Source: Deferribacterales bacterium (GTDB taxonomy: Bacteria; Chrysiogenota; Deferribacteres; Deferribacterales; Geovibrionaceae). Taken from it: a DNA stretch of 64,000 nucleotides. The position numbers and the translations under genes are program-made. The notes beneath the pieces were generated by a model. That model ran no database searches. It was not told the DNA's origin and saw only the letters and a program-made list of their open reading frames with translations. Each line of letters opens with the position of its first letter. Position 1 is the stretch's first letter. Location of the stretch: the NCBI GenBank assembly GCA_050251945.1, contig JBFWLW010000001.1, positions 544,001 to 608,000 of the forward strand, given 5' to 3'. This document shows, in pieces, positions 27,733 through 37,364 of this stretch.

Positions 27733-29033
27733 ACTTCTGCCCTCGGATAAACTACATCAATGTACAAGTCGCTTACTGCGTTGGTTTTACCGAAATATGC
27801 TCCATCGTAGTTGAGCATAAAAAACTCACGGCGCCCCAGGTTCAAAACATCCTCAACCTTCAACACATCTGCTTCAGTCTCTCTGATGTTCAACACTCCG
27901 GACGTACTCATCATGCTCGTCATCTGCTTTTCAACTCCGAAATGGCGGCAAACGTATTCTGCAGTTTCAGAGTCCGGTACCCGCATGAATCCTTTGTTGT
28001 TTGTGTTGTCGAGAATTGAATTGCCAAAACTCCTGTCAAGCATGGCGTAGATCTGGTTGACACTCTGACAGAACCCAAAAAGCTGGACATTTGCACCGCC
28101 AGCTTTCGCAAAGAAATCGTCAATGCCCTTATAAAGAACGTTTTGAGCTTCATCCATGATGATCTGAAGAGTTGGCTGCACTTTTCTTCCTGAAGAAAAA
28201 ATACGACCGGTATAAGCCTGAAGCATAGAAATCAGAACCTTGCCGACCGTGAACGCCGCTTTCCTTGTTATCAATGAACCGACCTGCGCAACAAGGATTA
28301 CGCCTTTACCACTCTCCAGTTTGTCTATAACAGGATTGCCGCGCGCATGTCCGATGACCTGTCCAATGTTACCGGATGTCAGCTCCATCAGCGCAACACG
28401 AAGAGAACTGGAAACTTTGTTGTAATAATCCTGTCCGGAGTCCACTATTTTTTTGAGATCCGCAGCGAGCTGACGTGTGCTGTCATCGCCCGCTATCGTC
28501 TCAACTTTTTTCTGCAAAGTCTCAAGATCATGGTGAGACACAACGTCTTTGACATCGTTAAAGTTAAATCTCTCCCCGTATTCCTTTTTCGTAAGTACCA
28601 TGAACGCCTGCACGATCATCAGAGACGTTTCATAAGCAACGTTGAAAAAGAAGGGCTCTTTTCCGACCTCGATACCGGCTATAAGGTGTCCGACAAGTTC
28701 CTCGATCATGTAGTAATGTTCAAGCGGGTTCAGTTGGATGCTGTATTGTGGAAAAATCGGGGATAACAGCATTAAATCATCTTCGCGTTTGGCTTCCAGC
28801 GCCACCTGCGTTATCTTGCTGAAAAGTTCAACATCACCTTTCGGATCAATAATAACAACCGAATAACCTTTATTGATACTCTGCTCAACGATGTTCTCTA
28901 TCATGCGGGTCTTACCAACCCGTGTGGTACCAAAACACCAAAAATGACCGGAAAGATCAGCATCATTGATTGCGATATCTATTTCTTTGTCCCGCTGGAC
29001 AAGTCTGTGTCCGCGTCCGATATACGTCTTCAT
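27729..29033 (-). CDS. traD: Type IV coupling protein TraD (SXT/TOL-like), without N-terminal TM helices
   Basis: GHFWCFGTTRVGKT, IIDPKGD, LNPL, MDEAQ, GGA..QL..FCQS..Q, ILDNTN...RVPD.ETAEY. Confidence 0.9.
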   Translation of the reverse strand: MKTYIGRGHRLVQRDKEIDIAINDADLSGHFWCFGTTRVGKTRMIENIVEQSINKGYSVVIIDPKGDVELFSKITQVALEAKREDDLMLLSPIFPQYSIQLNPLEHYYMIEELVGHLIAGIEVGKEPFFFNVAYETSLMIVQAFMVLTKKEYGERFNFNDVKDVVSHHDLETLQKKVETIAGDDSTRQLAADLKKIVDSGQDYYNKVSSSLRVALMELTSGNIGQVIGHARGNPVIDKLESGKGVILVAQVGSLITRKAAFTVGKVLISMLQAYTGRIFSSGRKVQPTLQIIMDEAQNVLYKGIDDFFAKAGGANVQLFGFCQSVNQIYAMLDRSFGNSILDNTNNKGFMRVPDSETAEYVCRHFGVEKQMTSMMSTSGVLNIRETEADVLKVEDVLNLGRREFFMLNYDGAYFGKTNAVSDLYIDVVYPRAEV

Positions 29034-29722
29034 TTGCCATACCTCACTATGACACGTTCTTTAAGCTCATTAGCCGTAAAGACTATATGTGCTTTAGGAA
29101 TATACTTTTCCGTCTGCACAAGGCTTCTTGCGCCTGATATCCGATGGACACAGCTCACAGTGCTCCCCTGAAGCCGGAACAATTCGTCCACAAGACGCTC
29201 TGTTGTACGGCTCAGGATAAAGCATACCTCTCTGTCCTTTTCAGAAAGCCCCGTCACATGAAACCAAAGTGTTTGTCCGTGAACGTAAGTATTGCGTTCG
29301 TGGACCGGAGTGCTGCGCACTGAACAATAAGCGGGAATACGGATACCTTCTGACGCTTCAGCGTAAAAAACTCCCACTTCCTGCTCATAACGCAGAAAAG
29401 AACAATGGACAGCTGTACCCACAAACGGCTTTAAATATCTTTGCCTTGAAACGATAGCCTGTGCCTGAAATGCATTCTGAAGAGCTTTCGCCATGTGACG
29501 TAGGTCAGACCTGCGCAAAGAAAAGGTAGATTCTTTTCCACCAAAACCATTAGTTTGATATTTTCTGAGAACAAATCCACCCGACGCAAAATCGCAAACA
29601 ACAGTACAGCGGAGCTTGTGAGTATAAAACTGCTCCGCTGTCTGCCTGAGAATGCCTTTAATTTCATCCTCGCAAAGCCCGTATTTGAAAGCAATTTCAT
29701 CAAAATATGCTTTCAGCCACAA
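29030..29722 (-). CDS. Divergent, truncated NusA paralogue (NTD-S1-partial KH1)
   Basis: DEIAFKYGL.EDEIK.IL (NTD-like); S1-like region ending ILSRTTERLVDELFRLQ; HRISGARS...ANELKERVIV, comparable to NusA R.PG.R.K...ELNGE.IDIV. Confidence 0.7.
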   Translation of the reverse strand: MWLKAYFDEIAFKYGLCEDEIKGILRQTAEQFYTHKLRCTVVCDFASGGFVLRKYQTNGFGGKESTFSLRRSDLRHMAKALQNAFQAQAIVSRQRYLKPFVGTAVHCSFLRYEQEVGVFYAEASEGIRIPAYCSVRSTPVHERNTYVHGQTLWFHVTGLSEKDREVCFILSRTTERLVDELFRLQGSTVSCVHRISGARSLVQTEKYIPKAHIVFTANELKERVIVRYGK

Positions 29723-29958
29723 AGCTCAATTCTCCCCTGATTGCCGTCTTCCATTACGATAATGAGGATGTCGTCAAAAAATGCAGCGTAATCCCGATCG
29801 TCTTCTGCCTGAACAGCGACACGAAGGACAAGATCCTTCACGCTGTTCAGCGTTTTATTTGCTTCGTTAAGCTGCACGAAGGCGTTAATCGTGTTTTCGT
29901 TATAATCAGCGTCATTCATGATGTTTTTCCGTTTTTTGTTTTTTCGTTTTTTTATCAC
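29713..29958 (-). CDS. Small hypothetical protein
   Basis: GTGA overlap with the ssb stop; alternative ATG at 29919. Confidence 0.45.
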   Translation of the reverse strand: MIKKRKNKKRKNIMNDADYNENTINAFVQLNEANKTLNSVKDLVLRVAVQAEDDRDYAAFFDDILIIVMEDGNQGRIELCG

Positions 29959-30386
29959 TCCGTTTTTTCATTTTTTGTTTGTTTTTTAGTTTTTTCGTTT
30001 GTGCCGCCATGGTCGGCATCAGGTTCGTCGAACGCGCCTTCAGCTTCGGAAGATGAGTTTGATTTCGGTTTTGAAAGCAGCTGAACGCTATCGGCAACTA
30101 TGATGTGCTTTGACTGTGTTTTTCCGTCTTTTTCCCAAACCTTATAGTCAATTTCTCCTAAAATAATGACTTGGCGACCTTTGGTCAGGTGCTTGTGCAT
30201 GGCTTCGCCATATTCACGCCAGACCTCAACGTCGATGTATATAGGTTTTTCTTTGTCTTTATCTTTGTTGGGACGCGTTGTCGCAAGAGTAAAAGAACAC
30301 ACCGCGATGTCGCTGCCAGGGAGAAAACGAAGATCTGAGTCCTTCGTCAGGTTGCCAAGGATTATAAGTTGATTCACATAAGCCAT
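29955..30386 (-). CDS. ssb: Single-stranded DNA-binding protein (start revised to 30386)
   Basis: NQLIILGNLTKD..LR...FTLAT...LTKGRQV...GEI....WE.DG; GGAGG RBS; no DDDIPF-type tail. Confidence 0.92.
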   Translation of the reverse strand: MAYVNQLIILGNLTKDSDLRFLPGSDIAVCSFTLATTRPNKDKDKEKPIYIDVEVWREYGEAMHKHLTKGRQVIILGEIDYKVWEKDGKTQSKHIIVADSVQLLSKPKSNSSSEAEGAFDEPDADHGGTNEKTKKQTKNEKTE

Positions 30387-30602
30387 AATACCCTCCAGTG
30401 AGTTTCTAGGATAGAAATGACAGGTGGGGTAAATTAACACATGAGAAGAGAATTACAGTGACCAAATAGTGACCATAACTCACAAAAACAAGCAAAGATG
30501 AGCAAATATAATGATTCTATAATATTTGCCTGTATTAGATATTTACGAATTTAAGGCAATCATTCTTTACGGCAGGAGGCCGGCCTTCCTTTTATATATC
30601 AT

Positions 30603-30634
30603 AAGATGACGCCGACGTACACCGGCGCCATCTT
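30603..30634 (-). terminator. Hairpin after the lipase gene
   Basis: aagatgacgccg / cggcgccatctt inverted repeat; weak U-tail. Confidence 0.5.
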
Positions 30635-30660
30635 GAACCGACAAATCTGAATCACTCAAT

Positions 30661-32736
30661 TTAATTAGCGATAGCCCTTCTTATCTGACTGCAAAAATCC
30701 GCTATATACTGTTTCACAAGATTACGCCTGTCACCTGAGATGACGCCGTATGCGACCGCCTGATCAAGAAGCTGGTTTGTGCTGCTTACGGCAAGCTGTT
30801 CCAGCCCGGCGCCAAGTCTGTTCTTCTGATCCTGATCCGGCGCTCTGTCCTGATAAATGGAAACAAACAAATCTTCCTTGTCCGAAGCAAACCTGATCAA
30901 CAGACTTTCGAGCTCTTTCTCCGCTTGCGGATACTGTGCCAGCAGAGAGTCAAGGTTGCTTATTCCGAATACGTTTATAAGTATGTAGCGCCATGCCTGC
31001 AATTCATAAGGAAAAGGGTTTCTGACAGCCGCCAAAGCCATTTCATACGTGCTTCTGGATTCATCGTAAACTGACGAACTCTCAACAAACGCCTTGGTCA
31101 GCAGGTCAATGAACGCTTTCTTCCCGAAGCCGAATTTACCGTAGATTATCGCCGCGTGAGCATCGCCCGATGAGCTGACTGAATCCGGAGCCTGTCCTGA
31201 AGACGCCAGAAGGAGTCTGTTTGCGGCGGAATGACTGCATCCGTTGAACTTGTTATATACTCCGGCGCAGTAATCCGAAGAAACGTTAGGCTGCTGTAAC
31301 ATATTCAGCAGTGATTTTGAAACCTGAACAGAAGCAAAAGCTCTCGCCATACCGGATTTGTAGTCAGGATTGAAACATGGCCAATAGTTTTCGGAAGAAA
31401 CATCTTTTAATCCGACACATTTTACATAAGGTATGAAATCATCCTTAACGTATTCATATCCGAGAACGTTCATCAGTTCAAAAGATTTAAGAACTGCCGT
31501 TGTGTTCAGATACAAGACCATGCACTCCATCAGGTCTTTTATGCCGTGTCCGTTGTGCGTCGATTTCGGCAAAGTGACAAGACAGCCGAGCTTTCCTCCG
31601 AAGGTTGAAACGGGGTCATAGGCTGTCATAAATATCTCTATATTATTTTTCGACTGCCCCATTCTGTCGCTTTTAAGATGGATCATGGAAATTTCCGAAA
31701 GCCCCGCTGGATTATACCCGAAACCGGACATGCGGCTGATATTTCCCGATGCGTTTGCCGTCAGAGAAAACTGAGTAAGCCCGCCGCCAAGGGAATGTCC
31801 CGTGACATAAAAATTTTTACCGGGGTAGCTGTCCAGAATTATTTTGAGCAGCCCGGCAGCTTTCAGATAAAGCAGACTGGGTGCGGAAAGCTGCTCGATA
31901 TCCGCATACACCATATCAAGACTGTCCGTACCGGAAAATGACACGACAAGATTATTATCTTTTTTGCCGAGCCACGCCCTGAGCCCGCGGGAACTGGTGA
32001 TAAGTCCTTTGGTCTCGTCGTATACTGGCTGGAGATATGACGGCAGTTCCGCTTTCTTCAAATTCACATATCCGCCGCTTTTTGAAGCGTCTATTCCGGA
32101 ATAGGCAAAATCAGCGAACGTCAGCATGAGAGAAGCCATCGGCTTGTCAATATTTGTTCGCTTCACCTGATAGAAAAGAGCCGCCTCAAGCTGTGCCGCC
32201 GCTATATTAAGAATTTCCGGTTCAAAAACCCTTGTGAAAAAATCCTGAATGGCGGTGAAACAACCCTGAATGAGACCTCTGTATTGCGGCAGCAGAACGT
32301 CGCCTGCCTGCGCAAGATACCTGCCCGCTATATCATCATCAGAAGATATCCCGAACCACTCCTTAAGGTCGTCAACAACGTCCCTTATCCTGCTTATTGA
32401 GTGAAAAAGAAGTCCCAGAACTCCCTGAAGCATCTGCGGACGGTTCACTTCCCTTCTGCAAAGATCAAGTATCGCCTGTTCTTCCGGAAGAAGTGAAAAT
32501 CCCGAGCGTATCTTGTCTTCAAACATCTCAATAGCGACGGTATAGGTCTGTTTTATAATAAGAACCGCGTCGCTCTGGGAAACACTGGACGGATTTTTCA
32601 AATACTGCTGTTCCAGATCCTTTATCTTTTTAAGCACATCGTCAATTTCTGACGACGCTTTCAGATACATACTGTCACTCAACATCGGCACTGCCTTAAG
32701 CAGACCGCGTTTTATTGGTAAATATAATTTTTCCAT
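30661..32736 (-). CDS. Large class-3 lipase-domain protein, no signal peptide
   Basis: VSFSGTD, VTGHSLGGGL, YNPAG, DPVS, GHGI motifs between long helical extensions. Confidence 0.8.
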   Translation of the reverse strand: MEKLYLPIKRGLLKAVPMLSDSMYLKASSEIDDVLKKIKDLEQQYLKNPSSVSQSDAVLIIKQTYTVAIEMFEDKIRSGFSLLPEEQAILDLCRREVNRPQMLQGVLGLLFHSISRIRDVVDDLKEWFGISSDDDIAGRYLAQAGDVLLPQYRGLIQGCFTAIQDFFTRVFEPEILNIAAAQLEAALFYQVKRTNIDKPMASLMLTFADFAYSGIDASKSGGYVNLKKAELPSYLQPVYDETKGLITSSRGLRAWLGKKDNNLVVSFSGTDSLDMVYADIEQLSAPSLLYLKAAGLLKIILDSYPGKNFYVTGHSLGGGLTQFSLTANASGNISRMSGFGYNPAGLSEISMIHLKSDRMGQSKNNIEIFMTAYDPVSTFGGKLGCLVTLPKSTHNGHGIKDLMECMVLYLNTTAVLKSFELMNVLGYEYVKDDFIPYVKCVGLKDVSSENYWPCFNPDYKSGMARAFASVQVSKSLLNMLQQPNVSSDYCAGVYNKFNGCSHSAANRLLLASSGQAPDSVSSSGDAHAAIIYGKFGFGKKAFIDLLTKAFVESSSVYDESRSTYEMALAAVRNPFPYELQAWRYILINVFGISNLDSLLAQYPQAEKELESLLIRFASDKEDLFVSIYQDRAPDQDQKNRLGAGLEQLAVSSTNQLLDQAVAYGVISGDRRNLVKQYIADFCSQIRRAIAN

Positions 32737-32748
32737 AAAATACCTCCG

Positions 32749-33612
32749 TTAAAGCATATTGCCCCTTTCCACATGCAGAGCCATTGCGCGAACGCTCTGT
32801 ATATATCTGTCAAGAAACGCGGAGATGCGGTTGATATATGTGCTTCTGTCCGATTCGCTGATATAGTGTATAGTGCTGAGCCAGTTCAGATAATCCGAAG
32901 TGTGCTGAATAATGGTCGTTTTGATTTTATTCTGCACCCCGTGCTGGTCAAGTCTGCCTGCAAGATAGTCCGAATAGATCGCTTCTCTTGCCGTCACATA
33001 AGCCTGCAAACGCTGTCTGGCTATGGCAAGCCCTGCCTGAGGGCTTTTCGCAAGAATACCGTCTACGTCTATTCCCGCCTCTTCAATGGCAATTTTGCGC
33101 CATGCCAGAAGTTCGTCGTCAATATAACTGCTGAGCCTGTTCATCACTGTGTTATATGCATTCTGATTATCGGTGTAGCCTGCCGTAACAGTATTGTAAG
33201 CCGTCACCAGAAGCTGCCTGAGCTGATCAAGCCCCATTCCGTATTTTCCGAAGAAAAACACCGCATACTCGTCTTTTGCCGCCTGCCGCACGTCGGCGGA
33301 AGCATCGCAAACAAGCAGCTCTCTGTTGGCGAGGGTGTGACACACACCGTTCACGCAAAAATGTATTCCACCCCTAGAGCCTTCCGTGCCGGGCGGAACG
33401 TAAGTCATCAGCCACTCCTTATAACAGTTTACGGTTGCAACTAGTGTTTTCGGATCCGAAGTACCCCAGCCCCTTCCGAAATTTGTCCATTGGATGCTTC
33501 TGTCGCTCTTGCTCACCACAAAAGAGTGGGTTGAGTTGGGAACGACATAAGCTGAATCCAGAGAGTACGCCTCGACTGTCATCAAGCTTATTCCGGGTTT
33601 ATCACCACCCAT
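32749..33612 (-). CDS. Hypothetical protein with possible permuted papain/NlpC-like His...Cys centre (start revised to 33612)
   Basis: AAGGAGG RBS; HSFV...W..FG...GI.F.VNGVCHTLANRELL. Confidence 0.5.
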   Translation of the reverse strand: MGGDKPGISLMTVEAYSLDSAYVVPNSTHSFVVSKSDRSIQWTNFGRGWGTSDPKTLVATVNCYKEWLMTYVPPGTEGSRGGIHFCVNGVCHTLANRELLVCDASADVRQAAKDEYAVFFFGKYGMGLDQLRQLLVTAYNTVTAGYTDNQNAYNTVMNRLSSYIDDELLAWRKIAIEEAGIDVDGILAKSPQAGLAIARQRLQAYVTAREAIYSDYLAGRLDQHGVQNKIKTTIIQHTSDYLNWLSTIHYISESDRSTYINRISAFLDRYIQSVRAMALHVERGNML

Positions 33613-33762
33613 GCTGAACCTCCTTAAACAATAAGATATTAAATCATACCCACCTGTTAAATTAATTGTCAAACAGAAAACATTTCTTCATGATCAGCAC
33701 ATATGTTCACCATGCAATTAATGTGGTTTTTTTCAATTACTTGAGTATTGTGATTTGACTGA

Positions 33763-33811
33763 TAAAAAAAGCCGACTCGCCTTTTTTATAAAAAGGTCTC
33801 CAGTCGGCTTT
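33763..33811. terminator. Long hairpin terminator, probably for the DUF2939 gene
   Basis: aaaagccgact...agtcggctttt with A/T tails. Confidence 0.65.
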
Positions 33812-33850
33812 TGAAAGGCTATTGAAACAAATATTAAGCGGTTTAAGGAA

Positions 33851-34402
33851 TCAGATTTCCATCCCCACCAGTTTCCATGAGAAAAGTCCGTGTCTTTCAA
33901 ATATCATGCTGACGGGACTCTCCTTCTCCTGAGTAATAGTGAAGGCAAACTTATTCAGGCTTCTGTAGCCGCTTGAAAAATCCACGGATTTACCGGAATC
34001 CTTTTCTTTTGCGGTGTTTTCCGAACTTTGTCCATCTTCAGACTGTCCGGCATCATCGTCTCCGCCCTTTGGCTTTATCCCGTTTTTCATCACCATGGCG
34101 AGAGCTTCGGGGGTGACAAGGCTGTCGACCAGCTGGTCCACAATACTGGCTGCGAAAGCGGTTCCAAGTGCACCCAAAGCCCCTGCATACTCGCTGTTTG
34201 CAAGCTCTTTTGCTACCCTTGCATTAAATGTCGCTTTCAGATTCTCCCTTAACTTAGGATAATCGACATATCCGGAAAGCTTATCGGCATTTCCCTCTTC
34301 TCCAGCTGATCTAATTGAATACAGCGCATAGAAAGGAGAAGCGAAATATACTGCAAAAAATATTATAACAAGAGTTGTGACGGCTAAAATTCTCTTTTTC
34401 AT
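33851..34402 (-). CDS. DUF2939-family protein
   Basis: ASPFYALYSI......D.LS.YVDYP.LRENLK...VD.LVTPE.L...R.GLFSWKL. Confidence 0.85.
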   Translation of the reverse strand: MKKRILAVTTLVIIFFAVYFASPFYALYSIRSAGEEGNADKLSGYVDYPKLRENLKATFNARVAKELANSEYAGALGALGTAFAASIVDQLVDSLVTPEALAMVMKNGIKPKGGDDDAGQSEDGQSSENTAKEKDSGKSVDFSSGYRSLNKFAFTITQEKESPVSMIFERHGLFSWKLVGMEI

Positions 34403-34489
34403 AAATAACCTCATTAACCTTTTATGACACTACATCAGACCGGATAGGATTTCAACACAATGTAATGTTAATTATATTTTTCACTTAAC

Positions 34490-34518
34490 TTGACAAAATA
34501 GAAATTTTCGTATAATAT
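34490..34518 (+). promoter_or_regulatory. sigma70 promoter for ablAB
   Basis: TTGACA followed by TATAAT (15-nt spacer) or TAATAT (17-nt spacer). Confidence 0.55.
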
Positions 34519-34567
34519 ATTTCATACATAAATTTTATATGTTGGATTTATTAAGAACGGAGGCATT

Positions 34568-35878
34568 ATGATTTATACGAAGCATCAGCAGGAAATTGCT
34601 GAGAGTCTTAACCCTGACTCAAACATTAACGACTGGAAAGACTGGAAATGGCAGATGCGCCACAGTATCCGCACCATAGAGGATTTCGAGAGCATCATGG
34701 ACATATGTTTCGAGCCATCGGAACGGGAAATGATGCAGAAAACCCTCGAAAAATTCCCTATGGCAATCACCCCCTACTACACTTCGCTTATAGACAGAAA
34801 CAACATTAAAGACGACCCGGTATTCAGACAATCTTTCTGCTCTGTTGAAGAGCTGAACATCGACACATGGGACATGGCGGACCCGCTGAGCGAGGACAAT
34901 GACAGCCCCGTACACTCCATCACCCACAGATACCCCGACAGAGTGCTTTTCCATGTGAGCAGCATGTGCGCCGTGTACTGCCGCCACTGCACGCGAAAAC
35001 GTAAAGTGGGCGACAGGGACACCATCCCTTCCAAAGATATTTTGGAAGCCGGACTTCAATATATACGCGAGCATACCGAAGTTCGCGACGTTCTGATATC
35101 CGGCGGTGATCCGCTGATGCTTTCCGACAGCAAACTAAAATGGCTTCTGGATGAGGTAACCTCCATACCACACGTCGAAATAGTGCGTATCGGCACGAGG
35201 ATGCCTGTTGTGCTTCCCTACAGAATCACCGGCAAGCTTGCTGATATCCTGTCAAAATACGATAATCTCTGGATAAACACGCATTTCAACCACCCAAGGG
35301 AGATAACCGAATCCGCAGTGGCGGCTCTGAGAAAACTTACAAAAGCAGGGATACCGCTGGGCAACCAGACAGTCCTTCTTTCAGGTGTCAACGACTGCCC
35401 TCTGATAATGAAATCCCTGATGCACAAACTTGTGAAACACCGCGTGCGTCCGTATTATATATATCAGTGCGACCTTTCCGAAGGTCTTTCTCACTTCAGA
35501 ACTCCGGTCAGCAAGGGGATAGAGATAATCGAGCTTTTGCGCGGGCATACCAGCGGACTCGCCGTACCCACATACGTCATTGACGCACCCGGCGGCGGCG
35601 GAAAAATTCCCATATCTCCGAACTATATTGTTTCATGGTCAACCAACAAAGTAATCCTGAGAAACTATGAAGGTATTATCTGCACGTACAAGGAACCTGA
35701 CAGCTACACACCAGTTTACTGCGACCGCAACTGTACCGACTGCAATCTGCAGTTTAACACCGAAGGCTCTGAATATCTTCCGCTTGTGGGTATTGAAAAG
35801 CTCATGGCGGACTATGACGAACGGATAGCGCTGATACCGGACGACAACGAACGCATCAAGAGGAGAACCAATGACTGA
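34568..35878 (+). CDS. ablA: Lysine 2,3-aminomutase (radical SAM)
   Basis: [36 protein letters not shown]; followed by the acetyltransferase. Confidence 0.95.
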   Translation: MIYTKHQQEIAESLNPDSNINDWKDWKWQMRHSIRTIEDFESIMDICFEPSEREMMQKTLEKFPMAITPYYTSLIDRNNIKDDPVFRQSFCSVEELNIDTWDMADPLSEDNDSPVHSITHRYPDRVLFHVSSMCAVYCRHCTRKRKVGDRDTIPSKDILEAGLQYIREHTEVRDVLISGGDPLMLSDSKLKWLLDEVTSIPHVEIVRIGTRMPVVLPYRITGKLADILSKYDNLWINTHFNHPREITESAVAALRKLTKAGIPLGNQTVLLSGVNDCPLIMKSLMHKLVKHRVRPYYIYQCDLSEGLSHFRTPVSKGIEIIELLRGHTSGLAVPTYVIDAPGGGGKIPISPNYIVSWSTNKVILRNYEGIICTYKEPDSYTPVYCDRNCTDCNLQFNTEGSEYLPLVGIEKLMADYDERIALIPDDNERIKRRTND

Positions 35879-36686
35879 CAGGATGGAAAACAGATACAAC
35901 GCCTCCATACATCACGGAAAATTCAGCGACAGAGTATATCTGACTGAGTTAAAATCTGCTTTCAGCCTGTCTGATCTGTCGAAAATCGAAACGCTGGCTG
36001 CAAAAGCGGATTACTCAAAGATAATCGCAAAGGTCAAAGACAGACATTCCGGTATTTTCGCTGAAAACGGATACACATGTGAAGCTTTCTTCCCGCTTAA
36101 AACGGGGAACAGGGTATCTTTTATGGTTAAATACCTGAAAGCGGAACGTATAGCGGTCAAGAACGGTACGATAATCTCCGACGTACTGAAAGAGGCGGAG
36201 AATACAGGCATAAGATACCACAGTACGGATATGCATATGCGCAGACTGACGGAGCATGATGCAGATGCGCTTGCAGAGCTTTACAGGCAGGTGTTTGAGA
36301 CCTATCCGTTTCCCATACACGAATCAGGATACCTGAGCGAAACAATGGCTGGAAATATGCGCTACTACGGCGTGTTCTCTGGAGAAAAGCTCATAGCGGC
36401 AGCCAGTGCGGAAACGGACGGTGACAAAACGTATGCGGAGATGAGTGATTTTGCCACGCTGGAAGAATACCGCAGGCTCGGACTTGCGGCGGCATTGAAC
36501 AAAGAACTGGAGAAAAGCCTTTCCGTCGATGGGGTTAAATGCTATTATACCATAGCGAGAAGCGTATCCTACGGCATGAACAAAACATTTGCCGGATGCG
36601 GATACACCTTCACAGGCACCCTGTTCAACAACACGAACATCGGCGGCGGAATAGAAAGTATGAATGTGTGGTATAAACACGAATGA
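35871..36686 (+). CDS. ablB: Beta-lysine N-acetyltransferase
   Basis: [43 protein letters not shown]. Confidence 0.92.
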   Translation: MTDRMENRYNASIHHGKFSDRVYLTELKSAFSLSDLSKIETLAAKADYSKIIAKVKDRHSGIFAENGYTCEAFFPLKTGNRVSFMVKYLKAERIAVKNGTIISDVLKEAENTGIRYHSTDMHMRRLTEHDADALAELYRQVFETYPFPIHESGYLSETMAGNMRYYGVFSGEKLIAAASAETDGDKTYAEMSDFATLEEYRRLGLAAALNKELEKSLSVDGVKCYYTIARSVSYGMNKTFAGCGYTFTGTLFNNTNIGGGIESMNVWYKHE

Positions 36687-37291
36687 ATAACTTTATACAG
36701 GAAACACTGTTTCTTGTAACGATTATCAACCCGATAGGAATATTTATGTATCTGGCACCTGTACGCCAGAACCTTTCCGAGCGCGATTTTCTGCGCGTAC
36801 TTTTTAAAGCAACCATTATCTCCCTGTCGATAAACCTGATATTCACATTCGGCGGGGAGTGGATGTTCAGAACGATGCTTAAAATAGACTTCAATTCGTT
36901 CCGGATATTCGGCGGAATAGTCCTTCTGAGCATCTCCCTTATGTCCATCATACACGGCGGACGCGCACTGATAAACATACGCGGCAGTCTGGACGACCTC
37001 GCATCCGAAATAGCCATGCCTTTCATGACCGGCGTCGGCACCATATCCGTCTGTATCCTGCTCGGCAGTAAAATGAGCGCTGCCGGAGCTGCCGCGGCCA
37101 ACCTTACGGCGGCGGCAGTAGCGTTCACGGTGGTGGGCACTCTGGCTGTAATCCGTTACCACCTGAGCGACAGGATCACAATCGCTTTCGACAAAGTTCT
37201 TGGGATTTTCATCCGTATAAACGGTTTTTTCATGGGCGCGTTCGGCGTTGAAATGATAAAAACAGGGGTACTCAATATAATAAGGTCATAA
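36683..37291 (+). CDS. MarC-family membrane protein
   Basis: INPIG, FRIFGGIVL, AMPFMTG.GTI; about six TMs. Confidence 0.88.
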   Translation: MNNFIQETLFLVTIINPIGIFMYLAPVRQNLSERDFLRVLFKATIISLSINLIFTFGGEWMFRTMLKIDFNSFRIFGGIVLLSISLMSIIHGGRALINIRGSLDDLASEIAMPFMTGVGTISVCILLGSKMSAAGAAAANLTAAAVAFTVVGTLAVIRYHLSDRITIAFDKVLGIFIRINGFFMGAFGVEMIKTGVLNIIRS

Positions 37292-37333
37292 TTGACCTGA
37301 ATCAAAGGAAACCATTCAAAAAGCCTCTATTAT
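37292..37333 (+). promoter_or_regulatory. FNR/CRP-family site with class II promoter geometry
   Basis: TTGAC-ctga-ATCAA at 37292-37305; -10 TATTAT at 37328-37333. Confidence 0.6.
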
Positions 37334-37364
37334 AGCTTCAGAAAACAGAAACACGGAGGCTGTA

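Larger units (their letters stand above)
1..30480. mobile_element. Integrative conjugative element (partial; other end outside the window)
   Basis: F-type tra genes, T4CP, ArdC, TA systems and AT-rich cargo, then a switch to housekeeping genes; AGTGACCA tandem repeat at 30457-30475. No integrase in the window, so the boundary is approximate. Confidence 0.8.

Noticed and set aside
30480..30600. tRNA or tmRNA fragment as att core
   Set aside because: No recognisable T-arm/CCA sequence on either strand; the core could not be identified.
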